From: Octopus sinensis
Taxonomy: Eukaryota
Assembly: GCF_006345805.1 (NCBI RefSeq)
Contig: NC_043003.1
Coordinates: 64,914,001 to 64,978,000 of the forward strand
DNA length: 64,000 nt
Direction of reading: 5' to 3'
Numbering within the stretch: position 1 is the first letter of the stretch; each line of letters starts with the position of its first letter. Positions 24,586 to 38,142 of the stretch are shown in pieces. A program made the translations under genes and the position numbers. A model generated the notes under the pieces. The model saw nothing but the letters and a program-made list of their open reading frames with translations. It was not told where the DNA came from and did not search any database.

Positions 24586-24659
<74 letters not shown>

Positions 24660-24833
24660 TCGCAAAAATACCTTAGTAGTGAGAACCCAGGTTTGAAATT
24701 CCCCCAGGACACCTGATGAAGGGTGGAGGGTTTATCAGCCGAAACGTTGTGTTAACAACAAACAGGATGAGGACAAATATCCGTCAAATGTAAATAATGT
24801 GCATAATTCTTCATCGCTCAAATATAGAACTAT
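24519..24833 (+). mobile_element. tRNA-headed SINE-like element with a hammerhead-containing, Penelope-like tail
   Basis: A box TGGCGTAATGG (24526-24536), B-box-like GTTTGATTC (24561-24569), internal (ATT)n(AAT)n. Tail 24705-24833 is homologous to 18721-18846. Confidence 0.75.
24708..24753 (+). ncRNA. minimal type I hammerhead ribozyme motif
   Basis: GACAC-CTGATGA-A-GGGTG(GAGGGTTTAT)CAGCC-GAAAC-GT-T-GTGTT. Stem I GACAC/GTGTT 5 bp, stem II 4 of 5 pairs, palindromic AACGTT. Predicted cleavage after 24748. Confidence 0.75.
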
Positions 24834-25326
24834 ATCATAACAAAAACTTAAAACAAAAGAAAAATTACATGATACTAAGGATAGATATCAACAATAAGAT
24901 TGAAGGACAAAATTAAAAATTGCTTTATCAGATGTGATAATGTGAGCTACACTAATATCTCGGCATATGTGACCACTTCGTGGTTGAAGTTGATTTTCTA
25001 TTTATCTGTCTCTTTCTGCGTATCCAGAAAGCTTCAGTGTTATTGGTCATATTCTACTCCCACAAATATGACTCAAAGGATTTACAGTTCCGTAGATATA
25101 ACCAAGACTGGTTAAATTATTGTCGCTTCGTCACTAATCAGTAAAGATGATTCATTCAGTTGCATCATCAACAGTAGAATATCACTGCTAAGATCAACGC
25201 ATTAGGATTGGAAATATACTGATATCATCCATTTTTATTGTTGGTGTTACCATAAAGCTCAATAATTCAAAATTGTCTATTGATCCTGCCAGTATGACTT
25301 CCGTTTTTGAATATAAGATCTCTGTG

Positions 25327-25937
25327 TAAGGCGGCGATCTGGCAGAAATGTTAGCACGCCGGGCGAAGTGCTTAGCAGTTTTTCGTCTGTCAGTTACGTT
25401 CTGAGTTCAAATTCCGCCGAGGTCGACTTTGCCTTTCATCCTTTTGGGGTCGATAGATTAAGTACCAGTTACGCACTGGGGTTGATATAATCGACTTAAC
25501 CCGTCTGTCTGTCCTTGTTTGTCCTCTCTGTATTTAGCCCCTTGTGGGTAGTAAAGAAATAGGTATTTCGTCTGTCTTTACGTTCTGAATTCACCTTCCG
25601 CCGAGGTCGACTTTGCTTTTTATCCTTTCGGGTTCGATCTAATCGACTGGCCTCCTCCCCCCAAATTTTGGGCCTTGTGCTTAGAGTAGAAAAGTCGTAC
25701 CCTTGTCTTGTGTGATTTTGAGACAACAGATCTCACAACATTGGTTTAAAATTTCGGCTTGAGACCAGAAATTTCAGAGGAAAGGGCATGTCGATTATAT
25801 CGATATCCAGTACTTAACTGGAACTTATTTTATCGACCCCGTCAGGATAAAAGGCAAAGTCGACCTTGGTGGAATTTGAACCCGGAACGTAAAGACAGAT
25901 GAAATGGTGGTAAGCATTTTGCCCGGCTTGCCGCCTT
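25327..25937. mobile_element. SINE A dimer (+, 25327-25692) and inverted SINE A copy (-, 25750-25937)
   Basis: Junction TAAAGAAAT|AGGTATTTCGTC at about 25560. Reverse-complement copy follows. Confidence 0.85.
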
Positions 25938-25949
25938 AAAAAATTTTTC

Positions 25950-27070
25950 ACTATATTGATATTACTTTAGTACGATTAATATAGAGCAGATAACTAGGGT
26001 TTGCATACAAAAACTAATACTATTTGTAATACGACAGACATTATCAATTTAGTTATAATGTATTGTTTTATATGCATTTTCAGTGCATCCAAATAACGTC
26101 ATTAAGATACTTTCAAAATTGTTGCAGTGATGTGTTACACTCGCACATACACAGTTAGTCGCTGTCTATAACACCATTTACTTTTAAAAAAGATGAAAAA
26201 CATGTGTTCAACAGAGTTAGCTACTAAATTGCTGAAATTTTCATTCATAGGGTAACTATTTTAAGTCGGTACAAAACAATTGAGATATTACAACAAAGGA
26301 TAGAAGCTTTTGAAAGATATCTCGCAGAAGCTAAATAAATACAATAAATGAAAACTGAAAAAATGAAAAATGAAAACTAAAAAAAAAAAAAAAAAAATGG
26401 TCGTAAAGTGCTGTTGGATGAATTCTTAATGTTCAAAGAAAAAGAATGGAAGAATGATACTATTATGTTTGTTAATTCATTTGCAAGTGTTTCGTGAATT
26501 TCCAAGTAATCGGAAAAAGACTTTCACTTTCACATGTCGATTCTTAAGGTAGAAAGTGAAAGCTTTTTTTTTCTATTAGAAGTTATCGAAAACACTTGGA
26601 AATGAACAAACGGACATAATACTTTCATTCCATAGCACTTTTCCTTTGAACATAAAAGGACTCATCCAACAGCACTTCGCCACCATTTTTTCAGAACGTT
26701 TTCTTATTGTTTTTTTTTTTCAAAATATTTTTGAAAATCCCGTATCTGTTTTTGTATTGTATCAATGGTTTTGTAAAGATTCAAAGTGGTTACTCAACAA
26801 ATGGAAATATTGAACAATTTATCACCCAACATTGTCGTACAAGCTCTTACAAACAAACAGCGGTATTGTAATGACAAGCTTTATGTATCTGGTCCATAAC
26901 ATATCATTATAACTATTTCCAACAGTTTCTATAAGTGAAGCACCGTATTTCTAAAACAATCTAAACTGCCAATATCTATCGTATTTCAAATAGTATCAGT
27001 CTTTGTATGCTAAACCACACTGATATATCCTATGACAATATCTAGCATTGGTACTGAAATAGAATTGATA
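25950..27070. repeat. old ~1.1-kb foldback palindrome
   Basis: Centre CTTTCACTTTC (26521-31) / 20-nt loop / GAAAGTGAAAG (26552-62). Arm blocks still pair outward, e.g. AAGTGCTGTTGGATGA with TCATCCAACAGCACTT, and GCATACAAAAACTAATACTATTTG with CAAATAGTATCAGTCTTTGTATGC. Confidence 0.8.
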
Positions 27071-28504
27071 TCGTCGTAAAATTTGTTCCACAGAAATTTC
27101 AAAGACAGATTGTACCTCGGTTGTCCCAATCATGAGCTCCATATTGACAGAAAAAAATATAAACACGTTGAATTTTACGATAACACCAATACAAAGGATG
27201 ACTTCATGTTCCCCAATCAATTGCAGAGATTTTGGCAGTGAGCAGCGATTATCAGCGCCGCTGCATCTGGATAAACTGTATTTGATGAGGAGTGGTGAGG
27301 CTCTACTAATCTAGCCGACTTTAATCCTCTCCATGAAACTATAAATCCTTTCTCTCAATAGTATGTGCACTAGTAACATTAAAGCTTTCTGGACACGTTT
27401 AAATAGACCGATGAAACATGACTTAATTAACAACATGAATTGTTCACATGTGTACGAGATATTGTATCCAGAAACTTACAACATATCTCATGATTAAGGG
27501 GGCTGAATTATGAGAACTCGGGATAAAAATGCGTAGTAGCGTTTCTTCCAGACTGATTTCTGATTTCAAATTTCGCCGTGCTCTTCTTTGCGTTTCATCC
27601 TTTTATGGGCAATAGAATAAGCATCAATTGAACACTGGATCGATGGAACTGACTTTACCGATTCCCATCGAAACTGCTGGCCTTGTGCCAAAGTTGGAAA
27701 AAAATCATAACATTTGATAAACCTATCGTTAATTATAAACTCATTTTTAATCACACTACTCATATCTATACTCAATTTTTTAAAAACAAATTTCATTTGT
27801 TTGAGAGAATATTTTCACATATTTGTTACCAGCAAGTTCAAAAATATACATACCCCTCAAAATAATAATAACTAAATAAAAAATAAAGAATAAAATTTAG
27901 AAATCCAAAATATTTACAATGTGAGCGGATGTATGAATGCAAAATGGCTTCCAGAAAATCATTCCTTATATATTTTGTCATGTGACAGAGATTGTATTAC
28001 GTAAAAAATTATATACTGTTAATGGCCGAAGAGTTTCTTTCCAATGTGGATCATATCATGCTTGAACTATATTAGTGAATTCAAAAAGATCTTGCTTGTT
28101 ACTATTGGCTATTGCGACCCGGTTGTAGAATATGGCAAAACGTTTGGACTTAGAAGAATGTATTATTTATATTTATTAGGTAAGCGAAAAGCAGTTTGCA
28201 CTTATACATATATGTGAGCAAGTGCACACATAAAAAACTACAATCAGAAGCATACGGGCTCTAACATGCAAACACATTAATGATTCTCATCTCTATTGCT
28301 TTTAAGTATTTACTATTTTATGCCGACAGGGTTTAGGACTGATTTTTCGAGGTAAAGTTTTACAGCTGGGCGCTCTTCCTGACATCAACCCTTTAAGCCT
28401 AAAACTAAGATAACGCTCTCTATTTTTCTGTTATATACATAGATGCATACATACTTACATACACACGTGCACTCGCACGTACACACACACACATATATAT
28501 TCGT

Positions 28505-28870
28505 ATATTCTTTTCAGTCATTAAACTGCAGCCATACTGGAGCGGTGTCTAGAAGAATTTTAGTCGAAGAATTGACCCTAATACATTTTTTAAGAGCCTG
28601 TTACTTATTCTATCGGTCTCTTCGCCGAACTGCTATGCTACGTGGAAGTACATACATCAACACCGGTTTTCAAGCGATGGTGGGGACAAACACAAACGCA
28701 AAGACATACAATTGTACGTACACACACGCACAACACACATATGTACGATGGGATTCTTTCAGTTTCCGTGAACCAAATCCACTCACACGGGCTTGGTCGG
28801 CACGAGGGTATAGTAGGAGACACTTGCCCAAGGAACTATGTGGTTTCGATGCAAACGCCTTACCCCATAG
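28505..28870 (-). mobile_element. SINE family B copy
   Basis: CAGTCATTAAACTGCAGCCATACTGGAGC...GGAGACACTTGCCCAAGG...ATAGCCACGCCTGCG. Confidence 0.85.
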
Positions 28871-29325
28871 CCACGCCTGCGTACTTGCAGTGATGAAGTC
28901 AAACCAAACAGCAATATTTTGAAGTTATATAATATGCGTGTTTCATGTTTGTGTAATATATAAGAGGAAATGTAACCATTACGTAAACCTTCTTCAGTTA
29001 AAACATATAAAATAAACATATACGTGCGTATACGTTTTTACATACATGTTTGTATATAAATACATACAGACATGCATACATACATACATGCATGCATGCA
29101 TACATACATACATACATACATACACATATATATGCGCATATATTTTTGCGTGTATGTGCTACTGTACATAATGTATGGCTTGCAGCATGTCATAAACTTC
29201 AGGAATACAAGCATGTACTTGTCCAATAATAAATTATATTTATTACTATCTATCTATCTATCTATCTATCTACTATGATTATAAATATAATACATACAAC
29301 ATACATACATATATATATATATATA

Positions 29326-29368
<43 letters not shown>

Positions 29369-29670
29369 CACATACATACACACAATAGGTATATACATAT
29401 ATTATGCATAATATGTACACAAAGCATTCACGCACGCAACGCACACACAGACACACACACACACACACACACACGCACACTCACTTTCATTCCCTTGTTC
29501 CACAGTACAATCTACAATTACTTTAAAGTTGTCGTTCCAAATATGGATATAAGCTTAAATTTCCCTACACGCATACAGATAGATTATCGGCGACTAGTTG
29601 TTGTAATAACAGCACAAAAGTAGTAGGATATTATTGAAAAAATATTCGTAACAACCAGCTTATGTATATA

Positions 29671-29711
<41 letters not shown>

Positions 29712-30389
29712 CCGTCATTTATTCAACATGTCTGTTTGTCGTTCGAATCTCCACATGCATTTTTCTTCACTCGCTTCCTCTTTCTATCTCAATCACACTT
29801 TCGTCTTTCTTCCCACTGCATTGCTCCCATCAAATACTTCCATAAATTCTCATTTTCGTTCGTAGAATTTTATAAAGCTTTTATCGAATTCTCTATTTTA
29901 TTTTGTTTACCATTTCATACATGTGTTATAAATTCCAAATGGAAACTTGAACAATATCCACGGCCGCGATCCACAAGTTCTTTCTCTTCTTCTCTCGCAC
30001 ACACACACGCTCTCTGGTTCTCGGTTTCTCCCCACCTCACTCAGTTTTTCTATCTCTCTATTCCTCTCTTTCTTTCTCTCCCTCTCTCACACAAACATCC
30101 ATTCATCCACACATACACACACGCACACTCACACACATACATACACATACATATACACACACACATACAATCGAAGCTCACACATTCATGTATACTTGTA
30201 CTTACTCAAATATGTATGTATTTGAGTCTATCTATCTATCTATCTATCTATCTCTATCTAGCTATCTATCTATCTATCTATTCCTCTATCTATCTGTCTG
30301 TTTGTCTGTCTGTCTATGCATAGATGCATGCAAATACATTCATACACACATTATGCATATGCATATAATATATATATATCTATATATAT

Positions 30390-30423
<34 letters not shown>

Positions 30424-31359
30424 CACATACATATTTATGCATATTTATACATAATATCCTTATATATATGCATATATGTATATTATGTAATCTATACTGT
30501 ACCTCTATATCTATATCTATCTATATATGCATCTATACACCTAATATAGTGTGTAGTGCAACTACAAAACATATGTATGTATGTGATATATATTATAATA
30601 TATTATATATATTACACACACACACACACACCGACACACACACACACACACCTCCAGTATATAATATAGTATACATATATATATAAATATCTCTCTCTCG
30701 ATATATATCTATATAGATAGATAATAGATATAGATATCACACATATTACGAGTATATATATATATAGATAGATAGATAGATATAGATATACATATGTATA
30801 TATATATATATATATATAATATATATATAATATATATATATATATTATATATATACATATATATATATAAATAATATAATGTAATCCTATTTCAAGTGGT
30901 AGCTGTAAATTAAATATTAAAAGTGTCAATATCTGTGGCATCTCAAATCGACGAAGACTCACGATTAACGCATACCTATTGAAGCACATTCGCTCATACT
31001 TACACATACATTCACTGCGTATGATATACACGCACGCATTTACTCATCTACTGTATGACTATAATTTATTTAGAAGCCTGTAGACTTTCTCAAATTCATA
31101 AAGACGAATATTCTTCTTTAACGCGCGCATGCGCACACCGCACACACACACACGCATCACGTATACACACACACACACACACACTCATTCACATACTCAA
31201 GCAGACACATACAAACCTGCACGTATGTATATGAATGTATGCATGTGTGTGTATTAGTGTACTTTCAATATTAAGAGTAGAATGTAATTTATTGCGAATC
31301 TCGTGTTCACTTTTATATGTATGCGCAGACACAAAGAGAGAGAGAGAGAGAGAGACAGA

Positions 31360-31391
<32 letters not shown>

Positions 31392-31649
31392 TATATAAAC
31401 ATACACAGACAAACAAACACGTACACATACACACATATATATGCACGCACGTATATGCTCACCCGTATATGCACACACACACACAAGCACACACTCATGC
31501 AGACACATACGCGCACACATACACGTACATACACTTACACACACTCACTCATATACATACACACACACACACACACTCATTCACTCACTAACATACATAC
31601 ACACACGAATACAAACACATGAACACACACAAGTATGTTTATGTAATGC

Positions 31650-31790
31650 TGAGACGTGGTTTAGTGGTTATAGTGTTGCACTCATGATCGTAAGATTGTG
31701 GTTTCGATTCCTGGACAGGACGATACAAAACGTTTCATTTCACATCGCCCCAGTTCCATCAAATGGCAAAAATGAGTAATTCTGCTAGGA
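31650..31790 (+). mobile_element. SINE family C fragment
   Basis: GTGGTTTAGTGGTTATAGTGTTGCACTCATGATCGTAAGATTGTGGTTTCGATTCC. Confidence 0.75.
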
Positions 31791-31821
31791 GAGGTAATTT
31801 GATCATTTATAGATATATATA

Positions 31822-31975
31822 TATATATAGTTGGAATTTATAGAAAAACAAAAGACGAAGACAGGTGTATGAACAACAAGCAAGTCTATTAGTTTGACGC
31901 TTAGGAAAATGAAAGTCTTTTACGTTTCGAACCTACGCTCTTCGACAGAAAGGAATAAGGGAAAATTAACAGAGA
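31822..31975 (-). mobile_element. Penelope-like terminal fragment with hammerhead-like motif (31917-31952)
   Basis: Minus strand CTTT-CTGTCGA-A-GAGC(GTAG)GTTC-GAAAC-GT-A-AAAG. Stem I 4 bp, A6U core variant. Homologous to 1583-1783. Confidence 0.6.
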
Positions 31976-32013
31976 GAGAATGCGTGTGTGCATATATATA
32001 TAAATATATATTT

Positions 32014-32702
32014 CACGGTGGGTGAAAAGTAAGTAGGCATTAAAAATTGGTAATAAATTCCATATTCCTTTTACAAATTTATTGAAATAAACGGCCAGGG
32101 ATGAAATGAACAACCTTCTGAAGGTCGTCGTCTGGGGTATCATTGAAAACCTCCTGAATCCGTGTCCCCAAGTCCTCCAGTGTGCGAGGTTTTGTTTTGT
32201 ACACCTCCTCCTTGTGTAACCCCACAGGTAAAAATCACATGTATTGAGATCTGGCCTTATTGGAGGCCATTCCATATTCCATTCTGCGGTGCCAGTCTTC
32301 AGGTTTTAGCTCCTGCACGTAATGGGATTTCGACGGACGAAAATTTAATCCTTTATGCAACACCGTACACCTTGAATGTCTTGTTAATCCACTTTCACGA
32401 GCTGCTTGAGATATTAATTTTTGCGAGCTGCGATTAAACATTTCTCACACTGTTGCTACGTACTCCGCTGATCGCGATGTAGTTGGACGGCCACTTCTAG
32501 CATCGTTCACAGAGCCCGTGGACATCAGCGTTGCAGGACAACTTTTTATCGTCTCCGAACGTAGTGTTGCATGCCTACCTTTCCATGCACTCCACCATCT
32601 CTGAACCAAAACAAAGGAATTCCATACTTCATAGCGTGCTGCTATCTTAGCTCGCTCCTGAACAGTCAAGCGACCGGCAACATGGAAAATAAAAAAAAGA
32701 GA
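32014..32702 (-). mobile_element. internally deleted Tc1/mariner-superfamily transposon (DUF4817-like N-terminus), cut by the assembly gap
   Basis: LTVQERAKIAARYEVWNS, TGSVNDARSGRP, RQAARESGL, HYVQELKPED, joined directly to WPPIRPDLNTCDFYLWG. Terminus CACGGTGGGTGAAAAG at 32014. Confidence 0.88.
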
Positions 32703-32802
32703 NNNNNNNNNNNNNNNNNNNNNNNNNNNNNNNNNNNNNNNNNNNNNNNNNNNNNNNNNNNNNNNNNNNNNNNNNNNNNNNNNNNNNNNNNNNNNNNNNN
32801 NN
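32703..32802. other. assembly gap (100 N)
   Basis: Direct count. Distances across it are unknown. Confidence 1.
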
Positions 32803-33193
32803 CACACACGTAGAAACACACACACACACTCGTACACACATACATATATGTGTTGGGTTTCTTACCAATTCGTCTCATAAGGCTTTGGTCGACCCAGGAC
32901 TTAGACACTTGCCCATGTATGTATGTATGTATGTATGTATGTATGTATGTATGTATGTATGTATGCATGTATATATGTATGTATGTATACATAAATATAT
33001 ATCTGTGTATCTATGTGCGTGTCTGTGCGTGGGTGTGCACGCGTGTGGGTCAGTGTGCGTATGTGTATGCCTCATACTCATTGTAAATACATCGCGATAG
33101 ACCAATTTGCTACGGTATTAGTTCGGAGATAACATCTTTTATGGAAGTGCTGTTTAAAAACGCAGTATACATCAGAGGGAGACGAAAATCGTC

Positions 33194-33229
<36 letters not shown>

Positions 33230-33399
33230 TGAGAGTGAGAGCAAGTGAGAGAGTGAGCGCGGGGAGATGGCAAAGACAGCTGACTCTGGCTGGAATAAAA
33301 AGTTGTATTGAAGAAAAATATCAAAGTAACACAGGAACCGACTGTGAATGTAAATTGAAACGAATAAATAATAAATAAGCGATACAGACCTGACTGTTA

Positions 33400-33775
33400 C
33401 TATACTGAGTTAGGATGTCCACAGTTATCTCAAAATTAATACAAAAGAATGTAGACATGATATGATTTCAAGAATGTTTAGTTGGAATGTTTGCAAGAGG
33501 TTTGAACTTGAGTTCACAGAAAAAAGCAATGAACATTTTGTGGGAGCAGAAATGACAAAGTTTGATGAAATTCAGTCAGACAACACACACAGAACCTGTG
33601 GAAAAGAGGCGAAATATTAACCATCTCTTAAGCAAATGGAGTAAGGTGGTCCAAAAAGAATTTAAAACAAGCATGACTGTCATAAAAGAGTGCATTAGGA
33701 AATTAACGAAATGTTTGGATTCAAAGTGATAGTAAAGTGGCGAGAAAGCGATGCAGAGGCTGTGATGTTAAATGT
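33400..33775 (+). mobile_element. highly degraded R4/Dong-type non-LTR relic (zinc-knuckle/linker region)
   Basis: Translates as LGCPQLSQN*YKR..HDMISRMFSWNVCKRFELEFTEKSNEHFV, resembling the GCxxLAxxEYxxRHDxVxxxxHWxLC...WYEH segment of R4/Dong ORFs. Confidence 0.5.
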
Positions 33776-34199
33776 TAATTATAGGAGTTTATGGGATGCC
33801 TCCATAAACACTAAGTCTACTATTGAAGAAAGGAGATCAGATATAATTGTAGTTTAATATCATAGACTTTGTAATACCATATAGTATGGTGGATAGCAAA
33901 GTTATTAAGAAAATTGAGACACACAAGGACCAAACAAGAGAAATAAAGAGATTATGAGACGTAAAGGTGACATTTGTTCCTTGGGGTAAAATACTCAAAT
34001 TGTTATACAAAAGGCTGAAAGACATTTGCAATTGAGACACGCATTGTTCACAAGTAGAGAAATGCTATTCTATACTTTGTAAGAATCCCTCCCAAAATTC
34101 TTGAGATTTGAGGATTGTCACCAAATCAGAGGATAAAACATTACCACTAATTGCATTAACGTGTAATAGCTTTTGAGTATTAATAACAATAATCTTTAT

Positions 34200-34412
34200 C
34201 CTTTCTATTATAGGCACAAGGCCTGAAATTTGGCGGAGGAGACGGTCGATGTCATCGATCCGAATACTCAACCGGTGATTATTTCATCGACCCCTGAAAG
34301 GATGAAAGGCAAAGTCGACGTGGGCGGAATTTGAACTCAGAACGTAAAGACAGACGAAATACCGCTAAGCATTTCACCTGGCATACTAACGATTCTGCCG
34401 GCTCACCGTCTT
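34200..34412 (-). mobile_element. SINE family A copy
   Basis: GAAAGGATGAAAGGCAAAGTCGACG...GAATTTGAACTCAGAACG...GATTCTGCCGGCTCACCGTCTT. Confidence 0.85.
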
Positions 34413-36078
34413 GTAGTATTAATAATAATAATAGCGATGCTTTTGTTGTCCCGTTCTTTGTCAGCCTTCAATGAGTAGACTTATGATGAAAGAGATTCCT
34501 CCAGGAAATGTCCTATATTTTTGCATAAGTAGGACTGAAATTAGGGACTGCTGTTTCTAGCAAATCGAATGAGGCACAGAGGTTTCACCAGTGACTCAAT
34601 ATAATATTTTCTTTTGCGAGATTCTGTTCGTGTATGTTTTGCTTTCTAAATCGAAAGTAAACGCTACCTAAAAGATTGAGGCCCTTGTGTCAAGGCAACA
34701 GAGAAACCTTTAGCGGTTACCCGGCTGGTTAGAAAAAAATCATAAATAAATTACCCTTAAATTCCATCCTAGGGCGACGAGCTGACAGAATCATTAGCAC
34801 GCCGGGCAAAAATGTTTAGCGGCATTTCGTAACACCTTTACGTTCCAAGTCGACTTTGCCTCTCAGCCTTTTGGGGCTGGAGTAATCAAAGTAATCGAAT
34901 TGACCCTTCTTCCGAAATTACTGGTTTTGAAACCTAAAATCACATCCTCACCGCCAAAGAAAAAGCAAACTGTGATAAGGGCCTCTGATTCAGATACATT
35001 GGAAACAGACAAGATAGCTACAACTGCAATACTTTTATAATTATAGATTTGCTTGATAAAAGGTGAACTGGGTTCAAATTGCGCCAACAAAAGTAACACT
35101 AAATCTCCGCATCATTAATTCCTCTGGAAAAAGAAAAATGGACAGCATAACTATTACAAATTCATCTGTACTTATATTGGAAAATTTCTGCATTTTCATC
35201 TATTTAATAAATCAATTACTGCAAATCTTATAAAACTATTGCAAAGAAGACACCTAATGGATATTGCATTCGGTGGGGGGGGAAATCTCTCTTTATTACC
35301 ACTATTACCACCACTTTCGCTACAGCACCACCACCACAACCACCACGACCCCCACCAACGTCACCATTGCCCTGCTCAAAAAACATAAAAACATGAAAAC
35401 AAGTGAGAAAATTTATGAAAGACAGAGAAACAGAAACAAAAAAAAGGCCCCAAAACAAGAGGAAAATCTAATTAGATCTATTGATATTATTGTGAGACAA
35501 GAACTAAATCGCCATTGTTTCAGAAAAATGGTCGTTAAAATGTTGAGAAATGTCGGTTTGTTGGTAGCTAAATGGGATTCATTGTTCCGAATAAAGAAAG
35601 TAATAGATAGTTTGCTACGAAATAATAATAATTACTACCGTTGTGAAACGATAGCTAATTTATAGAGAAATGGAGAAGAAAAATAACAGATAGTGAAAAT
35701 AATATACTAAAAGTAAAGAAAAAATAACAAAATAGTGTGTGTGATGGAATTGTGGGCGTAAAGGGGGAGGTAACTGAGAATGTTAAATAATGTCTGGTAA
35801 CATGTTGCAGTATGGTATAAGGTAGTTAGTAACAAAACACGGAAATAGTTGCATCTATAATGCGTAATGATGGCTTTGCTGTGAAATTGGTGGTTATCTG
35901 CAGCAACGTTCAAACGTTATAATTTGTCATCATATAGGTATTTATCCTTTGGTATGCTATATGTACATGTGCACACCGCACACACACACACACACACCAC
36001 ACACACACACACACCCACGCACATATATATACATATATATGTATATATGTATATATATTATGTTATATATATATATAA

Positions 36079-36128
<50 letters not shown>

Positions 36129-36409
36129 ATATGTATATATATACATATATGGTATGCTATATGTACATGTGCACACACGCACGCACACACACAACACACA
36201 CACGCACAATATATATAAAATATATTATTGTATATATGTATTATATATATATATATATATATGTTATATATTATATATATATATATTATATATATATATA
36301 ATAACATATATATGTATATATGTATAAATATATATTATATATGTATATATATTTAATATGTGTGTGTGTGTATTTATGTGAATGCATGTGTGTGTGGATA
36401 TATTCTTTT

Positions 36410-36810
36410 ATTCTCTTATTTGTTTCAGTCATTTAACTGCGGTTATGCTGGAGCACCGCCTTTGGTCGAACAAATCTTTGAAGCCTAGTACTTATTCTAT
36501 CGATCACTTTTGCCGATCCTGCTAAGTTACGGGGACGTAAACACACCAGCATCGTTTTTGAAGCGATGGTGGGTGTACAAACACAGACATGCATCATAGA
36601 CACAGACATGCACACACACATACACACACACACACATATATATATAAACGACGGGCTTCTTTCAGTTTCCATCTCCCAAATCCACTCACAAGGCTTTGGT
36701 CAGTCCGAGGCTATACTAGAATACACTTGCCCAAGGTGAAACGCAGTGGGACTGAATCCGAAATCATGCGGTTGGTAAGGGAGCTACTTGCCACACAGCC
36801 ACTCCTGCAT
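36410..36810 (-). mobile_element. SINE family B copy
   Basis: Full-length family B sequence ending CCACACAGCCACTCCTGC. Confidence 0.9.
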
Positions 36811-36815
36811 GTGTG

Positions 36816-36847
<32 letters not shown>

Positions 36848-36853
36848 TGTATG

Positions 36854-36896
<43 letters not shown>

Positions 36897-36936
36897 GCAA
36901 ACACATAAATACACACATACACACACATATACAATG

Positions 36937-37130
36937 GTACTCCGTCGGTTACAACGAAGAGTGTTCCAGTTGATCCGATCAACGGAACAGCCTGCTAGTG
37001 AAATAAACGTGCAAAAGGCTGAGTGCTCCATAGACACGCGTACCCTTAACATAGTTTTTAGGAAGATTCAGCGTGACACAGAATATGACAAAGCCAACCC
37101 TTTGTCAGCTGAGTGGACAATGCTTTGCTC
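36937..37130. mobile_element. additional short interspersed repeat (family D)
   Basis: ACTCCGTCGGTTACAACGAAGAGTGTTCCAGTTGATCCGATCAACGGAACAGCC. Shares its ACTCCGTCGGT end with 38709. Family identity is from recall only. Confidence 0.5.
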
Positions 37131-38142
37131 AAGGACAGAACGGATATCCAGGAATCGAACACACGATTTTACGTTCGTGAGCCGAATATGGATCAATTTT
37201 ATCTGGTGATCCAAAAAGCCGGCGAAACCGACAGTTTTAATAAATTAACGGTTAATTAGTTCGATCACTAATTCTGTGCTTATCTATTGTACGTATGCAC
37301 TAGGATCTTCCCTCACAATAAAGCTGATATAGTGAAACGGTTCGCAGTCTTTAATGTGTTTACCAATTGAAATGAAATTGTTTCCCGATAGCAGTTTTAT
37401 TACTTCAGTAACCCGCATAAACTTCCCTTCATTTTGGTTCTCTGAAATTACAACAGTAACTGCATTTCTGTGTTCAAACTTGTGTAGAGTATGTGAATAC
37501 AAAAGCGCGTTTTGAATAAGAAATTTTAGTTTTTCGTTTTTCCATATTGATTGTAACCTTTGAAGCAATTCCAACATACTCTACGTAATCTATCGGCATA
37601 TGAGATGTAGACATTTGGATGTGTTACTTTTATTGAAGTGATATACTGATGACGTAATGGAGTGTGATGAAACGTGGTTGTCACGTGATGATTATGTAGG
37701 TTGTAAGTTTGAAATCCACGATGACTGACGAAGATGAATTTGGACGAATGATGGCGAAAATTGCATTTTGCGATGACCAAATTAAACAAAATAATTTGCG
37801 ATAATTTTGTACAAAGACATATTTTGTTAGCAAAAAATGCTTGTTTTTCTCTTTTAACACGGACCAAAGAGAACAATATCAAAAAAAATATATATATATA
37901 CAAAAGTATGAAATTCCGGATGCTGTAGCTGTTACTTCTAGCATGTAACATAACCACTCCACTGTCATTGTGTATTCACAGAGTAAAGTATTACTATTTT
38001 GAGAAGGTATAGCTGAGGACACTTGTCTAAGGTAGCACGCAGTGGTTCTAAACCCGAAACCATGCGGTTGAGAAGCAAACTTGTTACCACACAGCTACTT
38101 CTGTGTATAGATTTAAATTTAACTTTTTTTAATTCTAACATA

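Noticed and set aside
24519-24590. tRNA genes (this and other A/B-box heads)
   Set aside because: No complete cloverleaf; the heads continue into repeat bodies, so they are SINE heads.
32445-32992. ORFs spanning the N run
   Set aside because: Artefacts of translating through a scaffold gap.
33830-34180. Degenerate coding-like segment on the minus strand
   Set aside because: Multiple stops and no recognisable motif.
37646-37676. CTGATGA...GAAACGTG motif as a functional hammerhead
   Set aside because: Position 17 is G (not cleavable), and stems I and II do not pair.
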